Assembly (NCBI GenBank): GCA_051453625.1
Contig: JBOZIK010000001.1
Location: forward strand, 32,001,112 to 32,065,111
Direction: 5' to 3'
DNA length: 64,000 nucleotides
Origin: Welwitschia mirabilis
Taxonomy: Eukaryota
Below the pieces are notes generated by a model that worked only from the letters and a program-made list of their open reading frames with translations, searched no databases and had not been told where the DNA came from. The position numbers were made by a program, and so were the translations under genes. Shown here in pieces: positions 35,858-50,800 of this stretch (the first letter of the stretch is position 1; every line of letters begins with the position of its first letter).

Positions 35858-38800
35858 ATATCCAATATAAAATCAAAGTTTTAAACCCATTACTTTGTTA
35901 ATGAAAGATAATACTAGTTAAATTAGCATCCTTTTAATAGAAACATGTTATTAGTCAAATAATGGGTAAAGAACTTTCTTAGAATGTGGAGAAGTATTTA
36001 AGAAACTAGAGAATATAGGATTTACAAGATTTAAAATTTTTGAAGAGCAAGAATTCAAAATGTTAACATAATTATCCACCATGCTGAACCCAATAATATA
36101 GTGCAAGATGTAAAAATATTACTAGAAATTAATCTACTACTAAATTTTAGTTTTAATAAGTATGTTTTGATGAATTTGTACAATATTTCAACATTAAAAG
36201 AAAACATTAAAAAGCTAAAACTCTAGGTATACATTATTTCTAATCAAACATTAATGCCCAAACTAGTGAAAATAATTTTTTTTTCATTAAGCATATACAT
36301 AGATGAACTCATCATTGTATAAAAGAATCCTAGTTTTATAGACACAAAAGATCCCAAGAGTTATTTCATCTTGATTTTAGTACCTTTTTTGAAATTCCAA
36401 CTTATGTAAAATTTAATGAAGTGAAAATGAAGTTAAGATCTTTGAAAAATGGATATTCTATAAGTTCAAATGAAATATTTTTCTTATAAAAATATCTTTA
36501 TTATATAGAGTATTATCAAAGCTATTTTTGACATAAATCATATCCTATGTAAAGATCACTACATATTTGTGGTAGAAACTTTACCTCCTGCATCATACCC
36601 CTACAAAGTAGAAGATTAATTCACTTACTTTTTTGGGATAAAGAGAATGAGATCCCTATCTTTAAAACCTAAGATATTAGACATACCATAGTAACATACA
36701 CTATTCTATCATAACATCATGTTAGATTATTTAGAAATTTTGTTGAAGAAAGATTCATTCCAAGAAAGATGCAAAGTTTTCATATCAATTACAAATTATG
36801 CTTCTAGTTTTACTTATGTAGGAAAATATAGTTTTGAGTGCTAAACTACTAAAGAATATCTTAAAAAACATATTTATTTCATTAAAGAGATTATTTAGAT
36901 CCTTATTCAAGTAATATACTATATCAAAGAAGATGATGAATGCAAAAAGGAAGAATAAATAAGAGTAGACATCTAGTCATACCTTAGTTTTAAATATAAG
37001 TGTATAATTTCACTAAGTGATCTATTAATACTACTTGTTCAAGTGCCTGAATCATCTTCTTACCCTAAGCTTACTTCATAAAGATAATTTACTAGAATAA
37101 ACATTATCCTTGCTAAATTAAAAAAAAAGGTAGCTCAATAAAGGGGAATTAGAATCCTTATGAAAATGATAGAAAACTTAAGATAAAAGTTTTCTTACAA
37201 TTGAGACTGATCCTTTTTATTATACATAAGAAAAATAAGTGGAAATTATGCATAAAATTGAATTTGTACAGTTTGACAACTCATATGAATAAGAAAGAGA
37301 ATTTAAGTCATCAAATATACCCTAGTGAGTTTTATATAAAAATAATTTTCCTTGAAAAGTTTATTACTTAAAATCATATCATATGGATGTAATTATAAAA
37401 TTAAACATCTCACTTCATTTTATATAAGATGTAAAACAAGTTAGAATCAAATCATGGCACTTGGAAAACTAGATTCTTTAAATTCACATAGCAAACTATT
37501 TGTCTTAGAGAAGATTTTTAGTAAATTTCAATATGTTTGACTTGAAAGATATCTATTTACTTATTATGAAAGGATTATAAAAGCCTTAAAATATTTAAAT
37601 TATATTTTAAATTAAAAATTAATTTATAAAAACTAGCATCTAAATTTTTATTAAATTAAAGCAACACTGAGTGAATGTTAAGCTATTTTGACTGATAAAA
37701 AGAGATAAAAGGAAGAAGAGAGAGAAAAATAGAGAAAATTTAGAATAATAGAATTATAAATTTTTAAAACCTTTAAAATACTTAAAATTTGTACTAGAAC
37801 AAGTTTCTATAACTAAATATTCAAGATTAAGTAGAATCAATTAAAACAGATAGAAATACTTTGTTTGGAAAAAACTATAGAACTTATAGTCAACCCTATT
37901 TTAATCAAGAATATTAAGAAAAATAAAAAACTTGAAAACACATGGATTGCAAATTAGGAAGGATGAAAAAAATACTACAAGATAAGATCTTGAATTTTAA
38001 AAAAAACACTAATAATAATAGAGAAAATTACTATGCAAAATCACAAGAATTAAGATTTCAGAGTTTAGAAATGTTTCTAAGTAAAACTGCAACTTTGACT
38101 ATAAATGACCAAAAAGGATGTTTTAGAGGCCAAATTTGGGTTTTTGCTAATTGAAAATGAAAATTTTTAAATCATGATAGAAATTTACTAACAAAATATC
38201 AGAACCATTAGAGTTTCCAAGAAAGAGTAATGGTCAATACAAAAACTAAAATTTACTAGTCTACTTCAATTTTGAGAAAAGGAGAAAGAAGAGAAAATAA
38301 TTCATGTAAAAATAAATATTTTATAGATAAATGTAAATAATAGATTTACAACTGATGCTATAATATCAAAACCATCACATTTCCACGTGTAATTCATGCT
38401 TGACATTTGAGAACTATCAAATGGTGCTACAGTGCCAATATAGTCATGGAAATGGCACTACAACATTATAGATAGTTTGAAATATTACTACCTAAACTTT
38501 CAAGGATTAAATTAACTCAATTTTATATTTTATAACTTATTTACCTGAATATATCAAATTTGACTTAAAAATGATTAGAAATGTATATTATAGATTTAAA
38601 AATAAAAATTTCAAGGTAATGATATCCTAAAAGTTTCTAATATCATATAGTGTCATGAATCCCATGTCAAAATGAGTTAAAATCATTGCATTATTAATTG
38701 GATGAGTTATGATGATGGAAAAGAAACTATGAATCATTTTTAAAGCTAATAGATTTAATTGATCCTTTATGCTCTACATTTTCATCCTTGATCTTAACCT

Positions 38801-41689
38801 CCTAATCCTAGTCATCATGAACAGCCTAAATCTAGATCATAATGCATTATTTTGAGTTCATTAAGTTTCTAGCATCCCTATCACCTAAAAACCACAAAAA
38901 TACTTTCAAGACTAATATAATAGTTTGAAAAGTAATGTAAAATTATCACTACTATACCTTATTTTATAAAAAATTTATGCTTCATCACAAAGATAAGAAA
39001 TGATATTGAATCATTTTAGTGGCATCTTAATAAATCATAGTTGTACATGATTTAACTTGAAGGGTAGAAGAATAAGATATCTTAATAAAGAAACATAACA
39101 TTTAGAGAATACAACAAAGCATTTAAAGAATGTAATAAAGCATCTAAAGTACTCAATGAGGCATGAAAAACCATTGAGGAGCTTTTTACCCAACTTAAGA
39201 AGCTTTGTTAAAAATAAGCATAGATTCAAGTTAAGTAAATCCTAGAATAAGCTAAGCCATTTGGGCTTGGACAATGTATATAGTGTGAATAAGTTATAAG
39301 GTAATCTATCAAAACAACCATTGTCAATGTACCAATAATGTCAATATAAAAGAAGAAATAAGAATTATGCTTAGATACTATATTTAAGAAACTTTTATGT
39401 CAATCAAAATAATTTTGTCATTCTTTGTTCATCACCTTTGTAACTTTCATTATTTTCATTGAACTAAATGAAAGAATACATTTGTGTGAGGTATTTGTAT
39501 TTGTATTATTTTCTAAAATAGTGAAACTTAAATTTGGCATGATTTTTCCTTAGTAAAACATGGGATTTCTTACATGTTTAAATGTATCTTGAGTTTCTAA
39601 TCCCCAAAAAAATTTTTAATGAGGGAATTATCCTTTAAAATCTTTAATAAAAATATCTTTTTTATTTTACTTTTTTTTTGAGCTTACATAGGAAAATCAT
39701 TCTACTTTATTATTAAATTACTTTAAAAAATAACTAGAGATTGAATTAAATACTGAGTGGTTATTTTATATCTTTTAAATGAATTATCATATTCAGCATA
39801 AATTTTTTTCCTTAAATCATGTAACATTTTTAGATGAAGCATTCTAAACCTCTAACTAATAGATTATCAAATTTATATTTAAGGATTCTCTAACACTATA
39901 ATGAATACTTTTTTATTCAAAGATACTGAAAATTTTCTTTGTTCTAATTCTTCTACCTTTTATAATGGTTCTTGATTATTTCTCTTTAATTCTTTAATTT
40001 TTTCCTATTATTTATATACTATTCTTAATAAATTTATCATTATTTTTTTCTTCATTAAAATATCTTTTCTCTATATTCTCATTGTACTAAATTTGATTTT
40101 TGAGATTGTTACCAAAATAAGAATGTAGATAATGAATTAGTATTTTTTACTATATATTTATCTTATTATTTATCCTTTTCACTTCTTCAAAAACTACTAT
40201 GATTAGATTTGGCTAGAGCTTACTAGTTTTAACATGTTGAAATCTTTTAATTTAGGCCAATTATTGTAGTTTATTTTCCTAATTTGTAATTTATCATTTA
40301 AAATTTATTTTTTTATAATAATTTTAATTTTCATTTAGTATTTGTTCAATATTCCTAATCCTAAATTAGGTCTATTATAATATTTTATATTGTAGTTGAA
40401 TAATCTAATTTTTTAGAGATTCATTTTCTCTTCTTAACTTTCTTAGTCTTTAAGATTATTCAAAGATCTAATATTAGAAGAAATATTTATTAACTATAAA
40501 TTATTTATTTTAGAGAATAAAATATTTATAATTTCTAAAAACATAACTTTGAATTCATATATTAAAATTTTTGAAACTTTTCTATTAGTTGGAATTATCA
40601 TATGGAATAAAGATATATTTTGTAAGTTGAATTTTCCAAATTAATCTAATCAAAATTTATGTTTATTGGAGGTTATATGGAAGTGAAGATACTGGGACAT
40701 TTTGCAGAAGTATAAAATGGCATATCTCTAAAAATTATAAAAGGTTATTATTATTGAAATTCTAATATAGTTCCCACTTATTTCCTTTTGTAAAAAAAAA
40801 AAAAACACTCTCATTTCATATTGTTTTGCAAGGATTTGATCAAAGTATCTTTTACTAGAATAAGTAGTTTTTATTTTAAGATCTACTCTTAATGTAAGAT
40901 CTTTCATAAGTACTAAAAAATTTTACAAAAATTATCCTATTAAGACTAAGTAACATAAAAATATATGTTGAGCTTCTATTATTATTCTTTTTACCTTAGA
41001 CATTTGATTTCTAAAAGCTATTACTTTATTAATGATCGCTTATGCTAAACCAATATTTTAAGAATTACTTTTATCAAATTAAATTTATTAAAATTTTAAT
41101 CTTTAATAATTTAGATTTATTTTTTAATGCTGGTGGTAGAAACATTTGTACATATAACTATAGAAACTGAAAAATCAATAGGATTATTATCCTTATCATA
41201 GTTTGCTCTGTTTTTCCTCTTAACTTAAAATTTTTAAGACTTTTATTTTAAGAGGTTCTAATTTATTTCTATCTTTGAATTTAAGACTTAAAATATTACT
41301 ACTTATAGATAAATCCAATAATTTATTTTTACTAATTATTTATCAAATCTAAATTCAATTCGTATAATTAAACTTTTTAAAACTATCTTTTAATTTTATT
41401 CATAATTTGTTTTAAGAAAGTCTAAAACTATTTCATATGGAAGATACAGTATTTTCCCTTTAGAGTTAACAGTTGATCCTACTTTAATTATATCATTTAG
41501 TTCCTCTTCTATACAAGATGGGGATTTTTCATTAAAGATAAATGATTTACCTTTGATATAATTACAATTTCTAAGAAAAACATAATAGTTAGTTTTAGCA
41601 AGTTAAGTCCTACTTTATTGACTTTAAGCTTTTAAAATAATGAAAAATACAATAAATTAATTAAAAAATTCATACTCATAATTTTAAGT

Positions 41690-44200
41690 ATGAAGGGTTT
41701 GAAAACCTCATGCATAGATCATGTCCTATGCTAAGAGAAATTCCCAAGGAGCATGAATAATACTTCATTGAGATGGCTTAAATGTTTTATTATATTAAAT
41801 AAATAAATACAATAGAGTTCTCTAAATTATATGATCTTGTTCCTATGAATCTATAATGAGATCCATTATTTACTCAATTAACTATGACTTGTAATCTTAC
41901 TGATGTGCATCGGGCATTTTCATTTGCACATTTTATTTTAATATACATGTCTTAAGAAATTCTAACTCAATAAAACCCCTTTAATGTGAAGTATAAAAGA
42001 TGATGACTTGGATATTACACAATTTTTATGGCATTCCTTTAGCATAGCATTAGAGCACAAAAATAAAGTAATAAGATAAAAAAAGTACAAATCTTTGAAG
42101 TAATAATAGAAGCACTAAGCTACCAAAATTTTCAACCTTAAGGAAGGTTTCCTTTGAGTGATCTTTTCAAATGAATCTACGTACACCCTTTATCTTATGC
42201 AACTTTAAAGAAAATATCCTTCAAATAGTCTTCTCAAGTAGCCTATGTACCTTTTTTGAAAGCATGGAATACACCCAACACTTTAAATGAAACAAGCCCA
42301 AGAAATTACCATATAGAAAAATATATTATGAAAATTGTTCTATATCATTGTTCATAACATTATTCCTATATGATACTACATATGTAATGGGTTATAAAAG
42401 CCCACATGAGGGGAGTTAACAAATTTAGTCCTTCATGAAATAGAAATCTTAAATACATAAAATATTATTGTGAAAAGAAGAAATTCGTTACACATGATAA
42501 AATCAAATAATGACAACAATATTGATGATCCTCCTTTGAAATAATAACCTTTTATAGGGCATTTAAAAATACAACCATTAATATACAATCATAATCATAA
42601 AAAATTATCATTTTATGATTATGATATTTCAATAGATACAAATTATATTATTAAATTTTCCATGTTTAAAACAAATGGAGTTGTGAAGGGTAACTAGTCC
42701 AGCACTCTTTCTTAAGTCTATTTTGTTCACCTATGCATTTGACAATCTTTAAAGCCATAATTGTCAAAAATGGAAGTTGTGTTCTTGTTCATTAAATTAG
42801 ACTAAAGCCTAAGAAAGTCTCCTATTTTCAAAATACTTCTAATCCAATTGAATTATAACTCTTAATAACTCAATTATAAGACTCTTTTTGGATTCCTCTT
42901 GTGCTTATTCTAGTGACTTAACACATGTCATGCAAAAGGTACTCCATGGAAATGCCTACAACAGAGCCCATAAAAAAATTACTCCTTTGATAATACCATT
43001 TCTTGAATTTCTTTAACTCTTTAATGTGATATTAGAATTTTTGGAGTAAAATAGGAGTCTATGGAATGGAAGATGATTCTATAAAATTCTACAATTACTA
43101 TTATACATAGAATTAACATTGGTTTTAGTAGAATCACTAATTAACATAATGTATGAAATGATGGTATGGAAATTGAAGCAGAAGAGAAGAGGAGATGAAT
43201 CAGTGGATAAAGAAGTCAGTAAGAGAATGGAATATTTAAGCATCTAATCTACTACAAGCTTTTTTAATGGACAATAAAGTACTTGATCAAGTGAGTAAAA
43301 TATCTCTTTAGTTCAAATTAAAACTATAAAAGCCTCTTTTCTTTCAAACCAACATAAGGAACTCAATCAAGCTTTTAAAGTGTTATTTGATTTTAGATGA
43401 ATAAAATAATCCCATGTCAACCTTCCAAATAATGGTTCAAACTTAGAAAATTAAAAAATGAATAAAAGATAAGATAAAACATCTATTCTAAACCAATTCT
43501 GATAACAAAAATAATTATAAACTTCAAAAGATATTAAACCAAACCATGAAAGGAGCGAAACTATAGAATGGAATACAAATTCTCAAAAGATTCTGATTCA
43601 ACTAAATATATTTGAGAATCAATTAACACCATAAAACATCATTCTATGGCAACATTAAAATTTCTTTAATCCTTTTCATATAATAAGGGAATCACTTACT
43701 ATGGTAGAAGAATTCATCATTTTCTTTTATGACATAAGAACTGGAGATCTCATAAGAAAAAAATAGAATAGATCTCTTTAAATATTCATTTGTAGGTTTT
43801 TTCAAGTTATAAGGATTTCAAATGGTCCTTATTTATTTACAAAAAGGATCAATATTTTAAGAATCTCTTCTTTAAATTTTTCTCTTGCAAGTTTTAAAAT
43901 TTTTTGTCTAGTACTAATTAAAGGGTTTGAAACTCTTCTATGTAAAATAGACCCTCTACTGGGAGAACTTCCTAGGTGTTATGAATGATACTTCATTCAA
44001 ATAACTTGAAAGTTTAAGTCTCTTAAATTAATAAATGCAAAAGACCTTTCTAATTAAAATGATCTTGTTCCTATAAAGTTGCAATAAGATCCACTATTTA
44101 CTCAACCACCTATGACTCATGCTTCAACTAATGTGCATTAGGCATTTCCATTTGCACATTTCACTTAAATAAACATGCCTTAAGAAACTATAACCTAATA
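41690..44200 (-). mobile_element. Highly decayed LINE-like relic, with a ~280-bp segment present twice (41692-41975 and 43920-44203)
   Basis: The duplicated block is seen directly. The minus-strand peptide I*RIFSLKLHKIKGVRRFI*K (~42160-42230) resembles the L1 zf-RVT region, but this is weak. Confidence 0.3.
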
Positions 44201-47200
44201 AAATGTATTAGAAAAGTCCATTAAATAAATTTTTAAATTTATAAAAACACCAATTTGTGAATTGTAGAAGTGATATTTTGATAATTTTAGAATGTTAATA
44301 AAATTAAAATATTACAAGTGTAGAATCCATTTATACAAGTCTATTTTAACCTAACTAACATATCTTTTAATTGGTTATTTCTTATTTTGAATTTAAGATC
44401 TTAGAAATTAAGTATAGAATTAAACTTACATTAATAAAAAGTTATTACTAACTCAAAGATAATCTCTCATTTGGAAGAGTCATTATTAATAAATGATAAG
44501 ACATTGTTATCACTTAATGATGAGTTATATTCAGTAATGATGATCTTAATGAGAAGTCATTATTAGGTTATATCGCATTTATTATTATTATACATATAAG
44601 TTTTTATAAATTACTAAAATCTAAAATAGCAAAAAAAATCATAATAATAAATCATCATCATGTAATGACGATCTCTTACTTAGAATAAGGAGTTATTATT
44701 AACTACAATATGTTTTTAATGATTAGTTATATCCACCAATGATGAGATCTCATTTGGGAATAATGAGTTATTAGTAATAAATTAATCATTATTAGTTAGC
44801 ATCTATAAGTTAAAACCTAGAAATAATTAACAAATGATCACTTAACTATTATTAATCATGTTGATTCATGTTTAGTTAACCTCTCTCATGATTTCACATG
44901 TAACAATGGCTTACCCTCATTGTTAAGCCTCCCATAACTATTAATATTAGTTAATCATTATTTCATACAAATATTGTTTCTTATGTTAAGTGATGATCAC
45001 CTTCTAAGAATTGAATCATCATTTAACAATAGATAATTCCCTTAAACAAAGAATCTCTCACTAATGAGAGATAATAAATGAATAAAATCAACTTTGTTCT
45101 TAATAAAATTTGTAATTGATAAGTTATTGTTAGATCAGTACTTCATTAGTAAGGTTCATCTTATGTTTCTTATTTTGATTTGATTGTAAAAGAATCGAAG
45201 ACAAAAAACTATTATAATCTTGTATTTTTTTAATTATAATATTATTTTTTTCATATTTTTATTATTCAACATTTAGTATAATATTAATACATGGTGCTAG
45301 TCTATTATTAAAAATTACTTAACTTTTATTTTTGTAATAGTAATTAGTAATGTATGCATTTTGCGTTACTACTATCAGAATAAAGTTTAATTGATTATGT
45401 CTATTTTAGTTTATGTAATATATGGCTAAAAATTACTACACTCTTACCCTTATAAAATGTAATCATTTATGCACATAAAGAATATTAGAAATACCTTAAT
45501 ACCAATAAATTTACTTTACTACCAATTTTTAGAGAATTAAGTAGTAATATTCTCATGATACATTAATGTCATAATATTAAAGTAAAAGTGAAATAACATA
45601 ATACTAGTTTTTATAACTATAAATTAATGCATGTAAACCCTTAAATAGAATTTCTAATAGTATTCAAAGGAATAAAATGTCACATTCATAATTGTTTCTC
45701 TTGTAGTTTCTCTATTAAATCCTCCTTATATACTATCATAAGTTTCTTCATAGAACCAATGTTCCTTATAACATTGTAAACAATTTTCCTTTCTTTATAA
45801 TTTCAAATTATTTAGTTGAGATATCAATTATTAACTGTTATCAATTTTTATATAAAGTATTTAATTTAGAAAGAGTAGTTACATGCAATTTTTCATGAAT
45901 TTTAAGAATCCCTTTTGTTGCTAAGTAATAGGCATGTGTAACTTTTTTATTCAATTATTAACATAGTGTTTCTAAAAATCTATATTTTTTCTTATAAATA
46001 AGATCCTATTAACTTATCTTTTTACTTTATATTTTTCACTTCATCTCATTTTATTAATCCTTTAATTCTTCCCATCATAAGTTTCAATTCCATATGTTCT
46101 ATATCTTCATCTTTTAAATTTAAATTATTTCTTAAAAAACTAGATCTTGAATCTAAAAATGGAAGGATTAAGATTCATGTTAGTAATCTAGATGAAACTA
46201 TGCTTCCTATGATAGAATTATCTTCTTTTAATAATAATGATTAAGATTAATGCATGTATAATCTAGCAGAGGAAGTTACTCAATAAGTTATAAAATTAAA
46301 GTATTCTTGAAAATCATGGAAAATGTTAAAAGAAGGCTCATACTATAGTTCATAAGTATTTATTTCTAAAAATTAAATACTTAAGAGGTAAACTTATTTG
46401 AATGAGTCTCTTGAAAAAATAGATTTTAAGAATTAACATTTACTTCTTATCCTCTTGATAAAGATAAATGTTATCTAAGATTTTTCTTAACTACTTTTAT
46501 ATTTGCTTATTTCTTAGTTAATTTTTATATGTTTTACTATTTAAATAGTTCTAATATTAATATTAATAATGTTGTTTATGTTAGTAAAATTAATTATTAC
46601 TAGTTAGTCATTTTATTATATTTGAGATTAAAACAACTTATTACAAGTACAAACATAGCAACTATCATGTGGCATCAAGACAAGAAGATGATTGAGATAG
46701 TTGTGATAAGAACTACCTAACTACTAGATCCTAAAACTTATAAAGAAGTAACATAAATATAAGAGATAGAATAGGAACTAAATTTCTGGGGTAAAATCCA
46801 TATAATCTTAAGACTAAAGATTAGTCTAAAACCTTCATTGAAACTTCTACTTTAGTGCTAATCATAAAGAAAATACTATTTGTAATCAGTAGGTTGTCAT
46901 CATATAAGAATTATATTTCTGATGAATTATGATTTTATTACTATATTTTATTTGAAATTATTTAATTAAAAATTTCTATCCCTTAGGATGTTTACTTATC
47001 AACAATCACATAAAGAGGTACAATTTTCTTTAATCCTGTCCTTATGTATGCTAGTAAACATACCCTAGATATTTTCAGTGCTTAGAAATAGATACTATTT
47101 TGGTAGAATTATTTTAAAAATCTATATTTCATCTTAAATTGTGTAGATTATTTACATAAGTAATGATTTATCATTCTTTAACTCAAGTTACTTTTATTGT

Positions 47201-47849
47201 CCTTATCAAGATCTTATCTTGGTAATACATTTTGAGTTGAATTAGTTGAACTACTTATTTGAACTAGTTATTTAATAAGCCTTCATACTAATATAGTAAT
47301 AATTAAATCAAATATTTAAATTACTAGTACCATTTCTTAGTATCTTTATTACATATTTTAGTGTTATTTATACATTTCCCCCCCTTAATAGCAAGCTTTA
47401 TCATTTTGATGCTAGAAGGAGAGCCTTCTAAAACCAACTTATAAGGATGAAAAGAACTATTGTTAAGAGAGATATAAAGGAAAGTGAAGAGATAAGAAAG
47501 GTAGGTATGTTAGGATATCTAAAAGATATGATTTAGAAAGAAAAACTACTAATCACGCCAAGGTAGAGATATAGGAACAGGACTTTGAATTTGAAGAAAT
47601 AAACTTAAAATAATTTTTCAAGATGTCTTATGTCAACTTATGAATGAGATGGAATAAAGTTATGTTATCCTTCTTATAAATGGAATACCTCTAATATAGG
47701 GAAAATGATTGAGGAAAAACAAAAATAATAATAAATAAGAAATCTATAACACAAAAAAGTTCATAGCAAAGTATTATTGGGAAGATGAAGGGGATCCCAT
47801 ACCTTTGAATTATAACTCTCATAAGTTAGGTGAGTTAATTTATATTGAT

Positions 47850-50800
47850 CCTAATATCTTACATGTTTTAAAAAACACATTTCCCTTATTTTGTTGGACT
47901 ATTTCTATAAAGCTAATCATTTAGAGCTATAATCAAATTTCTTAAGATATTTTCTTTTTTCTCTCAAAGTAAAAGCATGGTTGTGGTATCATAGGACATC
48001 CAACCATGCCTTTAATGCATGAAGCATCCTTAAAAATTCTTTCTTAGAGAAATCCTAACCTATGAGCATAGTAGAATATTTAAAGATAAAATTATCAATA
48101 TTAAGAAAAAGGAAAATTATTGATTTAATGAACTCATGGATAGGTATAATATATTATTAGTAAAATTTCCTAACCATAAAGGATTATTTGTTAGACATTG
48201 AAAGAGATAAGTCTTTAATGTAGGAAAAAAATATTAGGACTAAGAATGTACAAAAATAGATGATATAATTACTCAACTATATAAGATTAACTAAGGATGA
48301 GGGTATGGAAGTGGAAAAAACAAAAGGTACATGAAGTATTAATAGCAGAAATAAGAGTAAGTATGTATAGATCCAGATATATCAATCTTATGGAGGAATT
48401 AGCTAAAAACTAGTTGATAATATGATAGAAAAGTATGATAAGTTATTTGTTAAATGCTTGAATAAAGACATAATACCCACATGTGAGAATTATAAAGAGG
48501 ATGAGAAATAGAATGCCATAGATGTAAGAGTTCATAGAGTGATTAGATATTAACAGATTAGATATAAGATTAACTGATCCATCTTAAGAAAAGGAAAAAC
48601 CTTACTATTATGAAAATAGAAAATGAAAAGGAAAAAAAGAATAACATATTAAAAATTATGTAACTTTTAAAAGATAATAATAATATGAACATTACAAAAA
48701 TTAGTGAGATAAATATCAAGGTAATAACTCCACTAAATAGAAAACAAAAAATAAGGAAGGAAATATTCTTACTCAACCTTAACCTACCCCTAGAGAAGCT
48801 ATTTATAAGGCTATATTTGTAAGATTATAAAAGCCCATGAAAATTGATTATGCTTCTTAAAAATTAAAAAGAAACAGCCAACTAACAATAAAGTGAAGAA
48901 AAAAATGAAGAGGAAGAGGTAATATGGAAGGAATAACTAGAACCTTTATTTCTTTTAATGAGAATTAAACAAATAGAGCATTCTAAGATGGAAAAGAATC
49001 TTGAATATCTAGCTAAATGTTTACAAGACATAATATATTACTATCTCTAATAAAATTATTAAAAATATATACTTATATATTAGAGATAAATGAATAGTAC
49101 ATGTCCCAATAAAAAGAACCAAAATAACTCTAAAGAACTAAAAGAAACTTAAATTGAGATGGTAAAAAGACACTGAATTTTTGGGAATCTATAAAAATCA
49201 TTTAAAATAAACAATAGTAATCCTAAAAATCCTATGATTAATATCAAGGTAGATAATGAATTGAACATGAAGCCTTTAATTAACTTTAAAGCTAGTACAA
49301 ATGTCACTGTATATGAAATCATTAAGAAATTAGGAAAAATAAAATTTACATCATACTAAGGAAATGAAATGTTTATATTATTAATGATTTAGTAGTAACA
49401 CCTAAGGGAGTTTTGAANNNNNNNNNNNNNNNTATCATTAACTACTTAGTAATGAAAACTTAAGGGAATACTCATGCTATTATTATAGGAAGGCTATAAA
49501 TGGCCAATGATGATGGAATAATATATTCAAGAAAGGGACTAATGTAGGTAATTTTAGAATAATTAAAGTAATAAATAAAATTGTCTAATGTAATTATCAT
49601 GGAAGCAATAGAAACTAAGACTAAATTAATAATAAATGCTATCTCAACTAAACAAATACTTAAAGTTTTAAAAGAGAGAAATGAAGAAAAACACAAGGAA
49701 TAAAACTTGATAATTTAGAAAATAGAGAAACCACCTCTACAAGAAAAAATTAATTATGTAGAGATATCAAGGAATATATTCTTCATCATAAATAGCAACA
49801 TTATGTTCACAAAAGAGTAAATTACCCAAAAAAAAAAAAAAATTCATGAAAAGAAAATAAGCATGTGCATGAGATTAAAATAATATTAAAGGAATTGATT
49901 CTAAAATATGTTAATGTAAAATTTTCTTAGATTCTTTAATTATACCTAAAAGGAAACTTGAAAGAAGACACAATCTAATTATGCAAGAAATTCATAAATA
50001 AGAAATTACTAAACTCTTAGATAAATGATTTATTTATCCTATATCATACTCAAAATTGATTACTCCTTTTATAGTAGTATTTAAAAGGAAAAATGAATAG
50101 AAATTACATGTTGAATTTAACATGTTACAATGTAATAAGGATCATTTTTCCTTACATTTTATTGATAAGATCTTAGAAAGAATAATAGGGTATTAACACT
50201 ATAGATTTATTGAATAGCATAGTGCTTACAATCAAATCATAATTACTTTTATAAGATTATGCTAAAACTTCTTTTACTTATCACTAGGGTACATATGCCC
50301 TTAAGGTTATACATTTTGGACTATATAATAATTTAGAAATATTTAAAAGAATTGAGAATTTTTTGAGATATGATTAAAAGGCTAGTAAAATTTTAATACA
50401 TGATTTTTCAACCTTTGGAAATGATCTTTATGAATCACTTAAAAGATTATAGAAAGTGTTATAAAGATGTAAATAAAAGAGGTTAAAACTTAATTGATCT
50501 AAAGTCAACCCATGATGATATGATGATAGATTAGAAAATACAATTTCTCAAAACAAAATTGAGATACATGAGTAAAAGATCTATCAAATAAAGGACATAC
50601 CTACTTCAACTAAACTTAAGGAACTTAGATTATTCCTAGGTCATATAAGATATTAAAAGAGATTCATAAGTAACTTTAAAAAAATTTCAAATTCCTAAGT
50701 ACTCTTTTTCAAAAATATGTTGAGTATAATTATACCTCTAAATGTTAATAATATTTTCAAAATTATAACTTAATTAAGGTAGATCTAATATAAGAATTCA

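Noticed and set aside
36000-37300. Possible copia RT (SIYIDELII) and gypsy RT traces
   Set aside because: It is too degraded to delimit or classify reliably.
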